Program-made: the position numbers and the translations under genes
In this document: piece after piece, positions 22,974 through 31,297 of the stretch
Layout: each line of letters starts with the position of its first letter
Position numbering within the stretch: position 1 is the first letter of the stretch
NCBI GenBank assembly: GCA_964509075.1
Contig: CAZDWC010000008.1
Span: forward strand, 33,331-97,330
Reading direction: 5' to 3'
Length of the DNA stretch: 64,000 nt
Source of the DNA: an uncultured Pseudomonadales bacterium
GTDB lineage: Bacteria; Pseudomonadota; Gammaproteobacteria; Pseudomonadales; UBA7239
The notes under the pieces: model-generated
Databases searched by the model: none
Told to the model about the DNA's origin: nothing
Seen by the model: the letters and a program-made list of their open reading frames with translations, nothing else

Positions 22974-24062
22974 CTATTCGGGTCGGTGCTCGCGCGCCAG
23001 ATAGTCGTGAGACTGCATCTCCAGCAGGCGGCTCTGCGTGCGCTGGAATTCGAAGGTGAGTTTGCCACCGCTGTAGAGCTGCTCCAGTGGCTTGTCTGCC
23101 GAAATCACCATCTTGACGTTGCGGTCGTAGAACTCGTCCACCAGATTGATGAAGCGCCGCACCTGATCGTCGATCCCCCGATGCAGGGCCGGCACGTTGG
23201 ACAGCAGCACCGTGTGGTACTCGCGCGCCAGCTCGATGTAATCGTTTTGCGAGCGCGGGCCGTCGCACAAGGCCGTGAAATCGAACCAGGCGACATCATC
23301 GGCTACCTTGCGCGCCCGTATCGTGCGCCCTTCGATTTCCAGATCGACATTTTCTTCCCCCGGCACAGCGGACAGCGCGGCAAAGCTGCGGGACAAGCTG
23401 GCCTCCGCTTCCGCATCCAACGGTTCATGGTACAACTCGGCCTGCTCCAGCGTGCGCAGGCGGTAATCGGTGCCGCCATCTACATTCAACACCTCGACAT
23501 GCGCCTTCAGCACTGCAATCGCCGGCAGGAAGCGCTCGCGTTGCAGGCCGTTCTCGTAGAGGCGATCCGGCACGATATTGGAGGTAGCCACCAGGCTGAC
23601 GCCGCGCGCAAACAGCTTTTCCATCAAATTGCCGAGGATCATGGCGTCGGCGATATCGGAGACGAAGAACTCGTCAAAGCACAGCACCCGCCCTTCGGCG
23701 GCAATACGGTCGGCCACGATGTCGAGCGGGTTTTTCTGGTCTTTCAGTGTGCGGATTTCCTGATGCACGCGGCGCATGAAGCGGTGAAAGTGCAGGCGCA
23801 GCTTGTTATCGAACGGCAGCGATTCGAAGAAAGTGTCCATCAGGTAGGTCTTGCCACGGCCGACACCACCCCAGAAATACAGCCCCTTGCACGGCGTCTT
23901 GTTGCGGCGCAACAGCCCGGCAAACAAACCGCTGCCAGCGGGGCGCGCGAGCAGGTCATCGTAGAGGCGCTGCAGGTTCTCGACCGCCATTTTCTGGGCC
24001 GGGTCGGCGACAAAATCCGGCCGAAGCAAGTCCTGCTGGTAGCGTTGCAGTGGAGTCATCAT
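22974..24062 (-). CDS. zapE: Cell division ATPase ZapE (AFG1 family)
   Basis: GLYFWGGVGRGKTYLMD, CFDEFFVSDIADAM, ATSNIVPDRLYENGLQR, RRFINLVDEFYD, FQRTQSRLLEMQS. Confidence 0.93.
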   Translation of the reverse strand: MMTPLQRYQQDLLRPDFVADPAQKMAVENLQRLYDDLLARPAGSGLFAGLLRRNKTPCKGLYFWGGVGRGKTYLMDTFFESLPFDNKLRLHFHRFMRRVHQEIRTLKDQKNPLDIVADRIAAEGRVLCFDEFFVSDIADAMILGNLMEKLFARGVSLVATSNIVPDRLYENGLQRERFLPAIAVLKAHVEVLNVDGGTDYRLRTLEQAELYHEPLDAEAEASLSRSFAALSAVPGEENVDLEIEGRTIRARKVADDVAWFDFTALCDGPRSQNDYIELAREYHTVLLSNVPALHRGIDDQVRRFINLVDEFYDRNVKMVISADKPLEQLYSGGKLTFEFQRTQSRLLEMQSHDYLAREHRPE

Positions 24063-24121
24063 GGGAAAAGCCACGAAACGGAAAGCGGCGCCACTCTAGC
24101 CAGCGGCCTCCGTTTTGGCAA

Positions 24122-25339
24122 TCAGGGATGCACTTGCTCCTGAACGCTGCTGCCGCGATATATGGCGTTCAGACTGAAAACCGGCATTCCGGTAATTGTC
24201 GGGAATGCGTCCAGCCCGTCGGGAACGCCATCGCCATCGGTGTCACGCGCCTGGGCCAATGTCAGACCAGTTATCTGTGCCGCATAGGATTCGGCATAGA
24301 ACTCGTCGAGATTGCGCGAACCGTCACCGTCGGCATCCTGCACGGCATCCGCCGCATCAAAACGATCCAGACCCCAGAAATTTTCAAACCAGTCCGGCAT
24401 GCCGTCGGCGTCCGTGTCATCGGAAAACTTCGGCAACTGCGCAGCGATATTGTTGATGGCCAGCACCGCATCGGCGCCATTGCTCAAGCTGCTGTCCACA
24501 CCGCAGGCCTTGGCTATCCCCAGCAAACCGACACAGGCCTGCGTTGCAGAAGAAAGCCGCGACAGCGCGATGGCATTGCCATACAGCGCCACCTGCTGTG
24601 ACATGTGATGCGCCATCACATCCACAAAGTCATTGGCCACGCCATAACCGGATGCATAGGCATACGCTTTACCGGCGTTGGCCTCACCCGTGGCCAAGCG
24701 TGAATGCACCACTCCCATCAAATGACCCAGCTCGTGCACCAGCACGTCGTTGGCGCAATTGACGGACACGTGCGCATAGGCGTAGCCGCCCAGCGCCCAG
24801 TAATTGAGTGCGGGATTATTGATATCCCCCAGAAAATACGCCTTGCCGCAAAGGCCGTCGCTCTTGTAGGGACGCAGCAGCACCACAAAATCCGCCTGTG
24901 CCTGCATACGCACACGGTTGATACCCGCAAACGCATAGTGCGTCTTGTTGGCAAGATGCGCGAAAGCGGTGGCGGTGCTGTTGTTGTTGTCATACTGCGC
25001 CAGCGTTTGCCCGGCCACACTCAACTGCAGATTGACTCCGCTGCTGCTGTAAACCGTGTTGGCCGTGTTAAGCAACACATTGATGCGATTGCCGACCGCC
25101 GATTCACTGCCATACAGGCGCACAACATCCGGCGTGTAGACAAACAATACAGTTATCGGATTCGCAGTGCTTGCATCCAGCGTTTCCATTGCCATCAGGT
25201 TCATACGCTGGACGGATGCGTCAGCCGGCACCGGCGGCAGAAACGGCGGCTCCGCAGTGTCGAGCTCGTCTGCTGCACCCATCCCGACCAGCAACATCAG
25301 CCACAAGCCGACACAAGCGATAATCTTGTTGTTGTTCAT
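24122..25339 (-). CDS. Secreted metzincin (reprolysin/M12B-like) metallopeptidase with C-terminal DxDxDG Ca-binding repeats
   Basis: Signal peptide; HELGHLMGVVH zinc motif; candidate Met-turn (DVMA); DTDADGMPD, DADGDG and DTDGDGVPD repeats. Confidence 0.85.
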   Translation of the reverse strand: MNNNKIIACVGLWLMLLVGMGAADELDTAEPPFLPPVPADASVQRMNLMAMETLDASTANPITVLFVYTPDVVRLYGSESAVGNRINVLLNTANTVYSSSGVNLQLSVAGQTLAQYDNNNSTATAFAHLANKTHYAFAGINRVRMQAQADFVVLLRPYKSDGLCGKAYFLGDINNPALNYWALGGYAYAHVSVNCANDVLVHELGHLMGVVHSRLATGEANAGKAYAYASGYGVANDFVDVMAHHMSQQVALYGNAIALSRLSSATQACVGLLGIAKACGVDSSLSNGADAVLAINNIAAQLPKFSDDTDADGMPDWFENFWGLDRFDAADAVQDADGDGSRNLDEFYAESYAAQITGLTLAQARDTDGDGVPDGLDAFPTITGMPVFSLNAIYRGSSVQEQVHP

Positions 25340-25385
25340 GATCGCACCCGAAAGGAAAGCCCCCTCATGCTAGCCGGTCGCCGCC

Positions 25386-25413
25386 AAAAGAAAAGGCCCC
25401 TTGCGGAGCCTTT
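25386..25413 (-). terminator. Intrinsic terminator of porin/PBP cassette 2
   Basis: Minus strand AGGCTCC-GCAA-GGGGCCT then TTTCTTTT. Confidence 0.8.
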
Positions 25414-25439
25414 CCCGATACTGCCTGTTAACGGATGGA

Positions 25440-25874
25440 TCAAGGCACTTTCAGCAGCACCTTTACATCACCGGTGACGGCAGATGCATCCACATACCCT
25501 ATGACATTGGGATTGGCGGCCACCATTGCGATCACTTCAGCATTCCCAGACAGCTTTTTCGGTGGCTCTCCCTTGCCGGTGAAGATCAGGCGCGACCAGT
25601 AGGCATCGAGCTGATCGGCATCTTTCCTGACGATTTTTTCATTGAACTCGGCGCGTACAGGCTGATCATCCTTCTGATCTACGGGCAGCATTTTTACGCC
25701 ATTCGGCAGTGTATCAGTCTTGGCCAGAAACAAACTTGCCATCTCATCCTGGCTGATCGCGTCCAGCGCAACAGACGGATGCACGACAACCGCCACTTCA
25801 GCGCGCACCCACTGCGACACACCCAACAGAGTCATCAATAAAAACAGAACATGCTTGTGATGTATGTTTTTCAT
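25440..25874 (-). CDS. Small periplasmic PBP-like protein (family usually annotated phosphate ABC substrate-binding), copy 2
   Basis: Signal peptide; YWSRLIFTGKGEPPK and VAANPNVIGYVD; GGAGG RBS before ATG 25874. About 144 aa, i.e. about one PBP lobe. Confidence 0.75.
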   Translation of the reverse strand: MKNIHHKHVLFLLMTLLGVSQWVRAEVAVVVHPSVALDAISQDEMASLFLAKTDTLPNGVKMLPVDQKDDQPVRAEFNEKIVRKDADQLDAYWSRLIFTGKGEPPKKLSGNAEVIAMVAANPNVIGYVDASAVTGDVKVLLKVP

Positions 25875-25884
25875 CATCGCCTCC

Positions 25885-27087
25885 TCAAAATACCGCATCA
25901 AGAGCGATGGTGAAAACGTTGATGGGATCACCGTCGTAACTGGCATCCTTGACCACAAACAGCGGCGCAGAATCATCGTCCGGATCAATTTGCTGCCACT
26001 CGAATTTGAGTGCAGTGTGGCGCGCCACATTCCAGCGCAACCCGGCAGTAATCGAATCCTGATTCACCGTGTTGTCATGAACAAACTGCATCGTGCCGCC
26101 GGCCAGCATTCCCGGCATGAGCGCAGCCGCAGCCACTTCATCGTCATAATTCTCATCGGTTTTCAGTTTTGAAAATGTGAGGTGCGGTGTCAACTTGTGA
26201 TACTGATAGGCTACCGTGGCATACCAGCCGGTGGTGTTGGCCATCAAACCATCGGTGCCGCGCTTGGTGTATTCACTGATAAAGCGCCAGTTATCCAGAT
26301 TGGCATCCAGCCCTACACCATCAAACGTGCCATGCCTGTCCGTGATGCCAAACTTGTCTGCCACGGATGGAAAGCCAGCCATTTCCAACCCGCCGAGAAA
26401 ACCGTCAAGCGCATCAATGCCTTTGATGTCAAAATCACCTTCGGTGTGACCCGCGTGCAGCGTCAGCCAGTCATTGCTTGCAGATGCATGGATGCCCCAC
26501 AAATTTGTCACTTCCAGTTTGCCGTCCTGGCCAGGCATGATCACCCTGTTATCCGTTTTGCCAAAAAACGGTTGCACATTGACCTGCATCGACGATACAG
26601 GCACGGAATAAAGCAGATCGGCACCGTCAAAGCGACTGAAGCCCAACTGCCCATAAACATCCACCGGCGGTCTTACCCATGGATAGCTGTAACCCACTTC
26701 CAGCGAATCGGAAAACATGAAAAACGGAATTCGCAAACGCCCTACTCGCACATCAAGGTTGTTGACCATTTCGTAGGTCAAAAACAACCATTCCAGATGG
26801 GGATCGTAATCGTCATCATAGCCTCGTGACACCAACTGCGCCGTCACATCCAGATCCGTGAGCAGCGGAGCCTTCACCTGCAATCCGGCAACGGAATCCG
26901 TGTTCCAGTTCACGCCATCATTCGCCTCATAAAAGGCAATGTCCTTGTTGTCGTTGTATACGGCAGCCAGCGTGAGAAAACCATCCACTTTGACCGCAGT
27001 ACCCGTATCCAGTGCATGAGAAGCAGCACCCGGCAACAACCATGTTGCTGCCAGCAACACCTTGTACGCTTGCAAGAGTTTTTTCAT
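25885..27087 (-). CDS. Outer-membrane porin, copy 2
   Basis: Signal peptide; GRLRIPFFMFSDSLEVGYSYPWVRPPVDVY; C-terminal FTIALDAVF. Confidence 0.8.
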   Translation of the reverse strand: MKKLLQAYKVLLAATWLLPGAASHALDTGTAVKVDGFLTLAAVYNDNKDIAFYEANDGVNWNTDSVAGLQVKAPLLTDLDVTAQLVSRGYDDDYDPHLEWLFLTYEMVNNLDVRVGRLRIPFFMFSDSLEVGYSYPWVRPPVDVYGQLGFSRFDGADLLYSVPVSSMQVNVQPFFGKTDNRVIMPGQDGKLEVTNLWGIHASASNDWLTLHAGHTEGDFDIKGIDALDGFLGGLEMAGFPSVADKFGITDRHGTFDGVGLDANLDNWRFISEYTKRGTDGLMANTTGWYATVAYQYHKLTPHLTFSKLKTDENYDDEVAAAALMPGMLAGGTMQFVHDNTVNQDSITAGLRWNVARHTALKFEWQQIDPDDDSAPLFVVKDASYDGDPINVFTIALDAVF

Positions 27088-27164
27088 AGGTTCCAGACTC
27101 CAGAAATGTTCCATGCGTTTCTGAGCCTAGATCAGCATTTGTAACTCGTCCACCAGCCTATACA

Positions 27165-27192
27165 AAAAGAAAAGGCCCCTTACGGAGCCTTT
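27165..27192 (-). terminator. Intrinsic terminator of porin/PBP cassette 1
   Basis: Minus strand AGGCTCC-GTAA-GGGGCCT then TTTCTTTT; near copy of 25386-25413. Confidence 0.8.
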
Positions 27193-27218
27193 TCGGATGT
27201 TGCCTGTTGCTGGATGGA

Positions 27219-27647
27219 TCAAGGCACTTTCAACAACACCTTGACGCCACCGGTGACCGCAGAGGCATCCACATAGCCGATGATGTTCGGGTTGGCGGAT
27301 ACCAGCGCGACCACTTCAGCATTGTCAGCCACTTTTTTCGGCGGCTCACCTTTGCCGGTGAAGATCAGGCGCGACCAGTAGGCGTTCAGCTGCGCGGCAT
27401 CCTTCTTCACCACTTTGCTGTAGAACTCTTCACGCGCTTTCTGGCTGTCTTCCTGATCGATCGGCACCATCTTGGTGCCGTCCGGCAATGCACTGACCTT
27501 GCTCAGGAAAATATCCGCTGCCGCATCAGCACTGATGTCTGCTACGCCAACACTGCTGTTGACGATAACCGCGACTTCAGCCTGCGCTGCTGCTGCACCC
27601 AGTGCGATAGCCGATGCGAGTAGTGTTTTTGTGAGTATCTTTTTCAT
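27219..27647 (-). CDS. Small periplasmic PBP-like protein, copy 1
   Basis: Signal peptide (AAAQA|EVAV); YWSRLIFTGKGEPPK and VSANPNIIGYVD; AGGAG RBS before ATG 27647. Confidence 0.75.
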   Translation of the reverse strand: MKKILTKTLLASAIALGAAAAQAEVAVIVNSSVGVADISADAAADIFLSKVSALPDGTKMVPIDQEDSQKAREEFYSKVVKKDAAQLNAYWSRLIFTGKGEPPKKVADNAEVVALVSANPNIIGYVDASAVTGGVKVLLKVP

Positions 27648-27662
27648 GATGTCCACTCCTTA

Positions 27663-29132
27663 TCAAAACACGGCATCGAGTGCGAAGGTGTAGGCGTTGG
27701 ATTCATCGCCTGGACTATCTTCATCGCTAAATCCGCCATGGTTTTCCATGTCGTAGAAGTGATCCCATTGCAGTTTGGCAGACAAGCTGTTGCTCAACTC
27801 GCGGCGCAGACCGAGTGACACCGACTTGCGTGCAACAGGTACCGCATTATTGGCAGCCAACACAGAGCTCTTCTCATCGTCATAAGTCATTGCATATGTC
27901 GCATAAGGCGTCCATTGGTTGATGCGATAGCCACCCGTTACATACGCCGCAACACTGTCACTGAACAAAGCTGCGCGCTTGGTATCCAGCTGCGCCACTT
28001 CAGATATCATGAACAGGCTGCCGTCATCATACTGCGCGCCCAAGGCATAGTAATCAAACGTATCACTACCTGACTTATGCAGATAACCGCCGGGCGTGCA
28101 GTAAGCTCCAGCTGCATCCGTGTCACACGAGTCAAAGCCCGTCAGGGCCAGAACCGCAGCAGCAGGATCACTCAGCGCAGGGATATACATGTCCAATGTA
28201 CCAGGCAAGGGCGCTGGAGCAGGTATGGCTGAATAAGCAGAGTCAGTTGTGGCCAACACCGATCCAGACCGGACGTCAATCGTGCCATCAATCGACAAGG
28301 TTGCAATCATAGCTCTGGCCGTCCATGAGCCCCAGTTTGACGTCAGGTTGATGCCATACACGTCCTGCAACGCAACATCTGTCTTGATGTCCTGAGATCC
28401 ATCGGCATGATCAGTATTGGAAGAGCCGCCGGCGAAAAGCTGCAGCGTGTTGTTGGTTGGCCCTGCATTGAATTTGTAAAGCGCATCTGCACCATTAAAC
28501 GACGTAATAGCCGTTGTATACATTTCGGTTGGTGGACGCACCCATGGATAGCTGTAGCCAACGTCCAGCGTCTCGGAGTACATGTAGAACGGCACGCGCA
28601 GGCGACCCATGCGCAATTTCAGATCATCCGTCATCTTGTAACCGATATAAGCCCATTCTGCAGACGTCTGCCATGAGCTGGAAGAATTGCCGAGACCCTG
28701 GCCACGGCTGCGGCCGATCAGCTGCACAGTAGCATCGACCTTTTCGTCCATTTTGTAATTGAATTGCAGACCCATTTTCGCATCACCTGCGAAATTCGTG
28801 GTGTCATCAAGCTCGTAAGTCCCCAGCTTGTTGTCGCTTTTGGAAACTGCCGCCGTCATGAAACCGTTCATCTTGAACTTCTCGGCATCGGAATCCATCT
28901 TCGCCTTGATGTCATCAATCTGCTTGGCATTGCGCTTGTTCTGCTTCTCCAGATCCTGCACATAGACCACGCCGCCGTTGCTTTTCAGATCCTTGACTTC
29001 GGATTGCAGCGCCTTGATCTGGGCTTCGTATTTCTGGAAGCGCGCCTCGACCTCTTTGTCGCTCATGGCGTGCACAGCGGGCGTTGCCACCGTGGCCGCA
29101 ATCAGCGTGGCCAGTAGTTTTTTCTTATCCAT
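27663..29132 (-). CDS. Outer-membrane porin with N-terminal coiled coil, copy 1
   Basis: Signal peptide; about 60-aa heptad-like segment; GRLRVPFYMYSETLDVGYSYPWVRPPTEMY; C-terminal YTFALDAVF. Confidence 0.8.
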   Translation of the reverse strand: MDKKKLLATLIAATVATPAVHAMSDKEVEARFQKYEAQIKALQSEVKDLKSNGGVVYVQDLEKQNKRNAKQIDDIKAKMDSDAEKFKMNGFMTAAVSKSDNKLGTYELDDTTNFAGDAKMGLQFNYKMDEKVDATVQLIGRSRGQGLGNSSSSWQTSAEWAYIGYKMTDDLKLRMGRLRVPFYMYSETLDVGYSYPWVRPPTEMYTTAITSFNGADALYKFNAGPTNNTLQLFAGGSSNTDHADGSQDIKTDVALQDVYGINLTSNWGSWTARAMIATLSIDGTIDVRSGSVLATTDSAYSAIPAPAPLPGTLDMYIPALSDPAAAVLALTGFDSCDTDAAGAYCTPGGYLHKSGSDTFDYYALGAQYDDGSLFMISEVAQLDTKRAALFSDSVAAYVTGGYRINQWTPYATYAMTYDDEKSSVLAANNAVPVARKSVSLGLRRELSNSLSAKLQWDHFYDMENHGGFSDEDSPGDESNAYTFALDAVF

Positions 29133-29230
29133 GCGTCATCTCTCTCTGCCGTTACGGGAAACCGACGCTACCGATAAACCTGATACAGAAAACCGGTATC
29201 TGCGTGCGGGTTTACCAAGACTAGCCAAGC

Positions 29231-29246
29231 GCACAGGTTTTGCCAG
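29231..29246 (-). promoter_or_regulatory. Candidate sigma54 (-24/-12) promoter of the porin/PBP cassettes
   Basis: Minus strand CTGGCAAAACCTGTGC has exact GG-N10-GC spacing, preceded by an A/T tract; about 100 nt upstream of the porin ATG. Confidence 0.4.
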
Positions 29247-29313
29247 CAGAAAATTTACATTTTTTTGACAATTACCGAATTAACCGGCTTGTTTTTGATT
29301 CTTAATGGTTATT

Positions 29314-29338
29314 AAAAGCCGATATTGATCGCTTTTTA
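29314..29338 (-). terminator. Probable lipA terminator
   Basis: Minus strand AAAAGCGAT-CAAT-ATC(G)GCTTTT overlapping the lipA stop. Confidence 0.5.
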
Positions 29339-30319
29339 ACCAACGACCGTTCCTTGCGCCTGCAGATCGGCGTGGTAGGACGAGCGCACCATCGGCCCAC
29401 TGGCCACCTGCTCGAAACCCAGTTCACGCGCCACCGCTGCCAATTGCGCAAACTCGTCCGGCTGTACAAAACGTTGCACCGGCAAATGTGCCTTGGTCGG
29501 CTGCAGGTACTGACCCAGAGTCAGCATGCGCACACCGTGGGTGCGCAAGTCACGCAAGACCTCGACCACTTCATCGAAGGTTTCTCCCAGACCCAGCATC
29601 AGGCCGGATTTGGTTGGCACCGCCGGCAGCCTGGCAGCAAAAGCCTGCATCAGCTGCAGCGAATGACTGTAGATGGCGCCCGGTCTCACTTCTTTATATA
29701 GGCGCGGCACCGTTTCCAGATTGTGATTGAGGATATCGGGTGGCTGCGTGGCAAGGATATCGAGCGCCACTGCCAGCTGGCCGCGAAAATCCGGCACCAG
29801 TGTCTCGATGGTGATGGCCGGGCTCAGGGCACGCGTCTCGCGTATACAGGCGGCAAAGTGTGCGGCGCCGCCGTCGGCCAGATCATCGCGATCCACCGAG
29901 GTGATCACCACATAGCGCAGACCAAGCTCGGCAATCGCTTCCGCCAACTGGCGCGGCTCGTCGGCATCCAGCGGCTTGGGGCGGCCGTGGGCCACGTCGC
30001 AGAACGGGCAGCGACGCGTGCAAATTTCGCCCATGATCATGAAGGTCGCCGTGCCGCCGCTGAAACATTCACCCAGATTGGGACAAGAAGCTTCTTCACA
30101 CACTGTGGCGAGTTTGCGTTCGCGCAGTATGTTGCGCACGCGTTGCACATTGGCGCCAGACGGAATGCGTGCGCGTATCCACGTCGGCTTGCGCAATGTG
30201 TTGTCACTGGCAATCAGGTTGTCTTCAGCGTGACGCACCTTATCGGCCGCACGCAATTTCTCGCCGACGGCCGGCGTTTTACGCCGTGTATTCACGGCTT
30301 CATCACGGGTATCAGACAC
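29336..30319 (-). CDS. lipA: Lipoyl synthase
   Basis: [44 protein letters not shown]. Confidence 0.97.
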   Translation of the reverse strand: MSDTRDEAVNTRRKTPAVGEKLRAADKVRHAEDNLIASDNTLRKPTWIRARIPSGANVQRVRNILRERKLATVCEEASCPNLGECFSGGTATFMIMGEICTRRCPFCDVAHGRPKPLDADEPRQLAEAIAELGLRYVVITSVDRDDLADGGAAHFAACIRETRALSPAITIETLVPDFRGQLAVALDILATQPPDILNHNLETVPRLYKEVRPGAIYSHSLQLMQAFAARLPAVPTKSGLMLGLGETFDEVVEVLRDLRTHGVRMLTLGQYLQPTKAHLPVQRFVQPDEFAQLAAVARELGFEQVASGPMVRSSYHADLQAQGTVVG

Positions 30320-30977
30320 TGAGGGCTTCGCTCCACTCTATAGAACCGTAGTGTAGCCGGCTGGCCAGCTGCGTAGCGATGTTTTGTTGCAGTTGCATGT
30401 GTGTTGGCAGCGTAGTGGCGCAATCAGCAAGACTTGTCACCGCCATGCCCGCATAACCACAGGGGTTGATACCGGTAAACGGCACCAGATCACAATCCAC
30501 ATTGAGAGAAGCGCCGTGATAACAACCGTTTTTTTTCACGCGCAAACCCAGCGCCGCTATCTTGGCTTCACCTTGCCCGGCGCGCATCACATACACACCG
30601 GGCGCATCGCGTCGCGCATAGGCTTTCACACCATAATCGTCGAGCACGGCAATCAGCACCTGTTCCAGCAATTCCACGAGTGCACGCGCTCCCAGGTTGA
30701 GACGTTTGCAATCCAGCAAGGTGTAACACATCAATTGACCGGGGCCGTGATACGTCACCTGCCCGCCGCGATCCGTCTGTACAACCGGAATAGTGTCCGC
30801 GTGCAATACATGCTCTGCCTTGCCGGCCTGCCCCTGCGTGTACACCGGCTCATGTTGCATGAACCAGATTTCATCCGCTGTATCTGCCGTGCGATTGGCG
30901 GTGAAAGCCTGCATCGCGCGCCATACCGGTTCATAGGGCTGCAAGCCCGCAAACCGTCGCGCGATCACCACAGGCAT
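30312..30977 (-). CDS. lipB: Octanoyltransferase LipB
   Basis: [36 protein letters not shown]. Confidence 0.96.
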   Translation of the reverse strand: MPVVIARRFAGLQPYEPVWRAMQAFTANRTADTADEIWFMQHEPVYTQGQAGKAEHVLHADTIPVVQTDRGGQVTYHGPGQLMCYTLLDCKRLNLGARALVELLEQVLIAVLDDYGVKAYARRDAPGVYVMRAGQGEAKIAALGLRVKKNGCYHGASLNVDCDLVPFTGINPCGYAGMAVTSLADCATTLPTHMQLQQNIATQLASRLHYGSIEWSEALSV

Positions 30978-31243
30978 TACAAGACCATCCGCACCAGAGG
31001 ATGCGTTTTCAGATCAGCAAAAATCGCTTCGAGCTGCTCCACGCCCGTCGCGGTAATCGTCACCGTTACCGCCTCGTAATTACCGCCATTGCTGGCGCGG
31101 ATGCTGATGTCGGTTTCCGTAATCACACCGGCATGTCTTTCAAACACGGTGAGTGTGGCGCTGCGAAATTCTTCACCGGCCACACCCATCACCTTCACCG
31201 GGTAACGGCAGGGAAATTCAATTCTTGGCGGTTCCTGGGTCAT
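30977..31243 (-). CDS. ybeD: DUF493/YbeD family protein
   Basis: [35 protein letters not shown]; between dacA and lipB. Confidence 0.88.
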   Translation of the reverse strand: MTQEPPRIEFPCRYPVKVMGVAGEEFRSATLTVFERHAGVITETDISIRASNGGNYEAVTVTITATGVEQLEAIFADLKTHPLVRMVL

Positions 31244-31257
31244 GTTGCTCACCATTG

Positions 31258-31296
31258 AAAAATGGGGTCAGAGTCAAAAGCGCTGACCCCATTTTT
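31258..31296 (-). terminator. Hairpin/terminator after dacA
   Basis: AAAAATGGGGTCAG-N11-CTGACCCCATTTTT. Confidence 0.7.
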
Positions 31297-31297
31297 C

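Noticed and set aside
21724-23268. 514-aa ORF as a single intact protein
   Set aside because: Its first about 120 codons overlap zapE in another frame. The real product is the N-terminal part of the frameshifted MCP starting near 22896.
22986-24143. 385-aa plus-strand ORF
   Set aside because: Antisense shadow of zapE with no recognisable motifs; expected in GC-rich coding DNA.
24200-24430. Recurring GCCGTC/ACCGTC-like motifs as a DNA repeat array or CRISPR
   Set aside because: They are codons of DxDxDG protein repeats; there is no constant repeat-spacer periodicity and no cas genes in the window.
25440-27647. Calling the small periplasmic proteins pstS
   Set aside because: They are less than half PstS length, with no pstCAB/phoU nearby and no clear PHO box seen.
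29133-29250. Possible c-di-GMP-I (GEMM) riboswitch in the porin leader (GGCAAAACC, GGTAGCG fragments)
   Set aside because: It lacks the GNRA-capped hairpin followed by GGGACGCAAA and the tetraloop-receptor layout; reported only as a structured leader.
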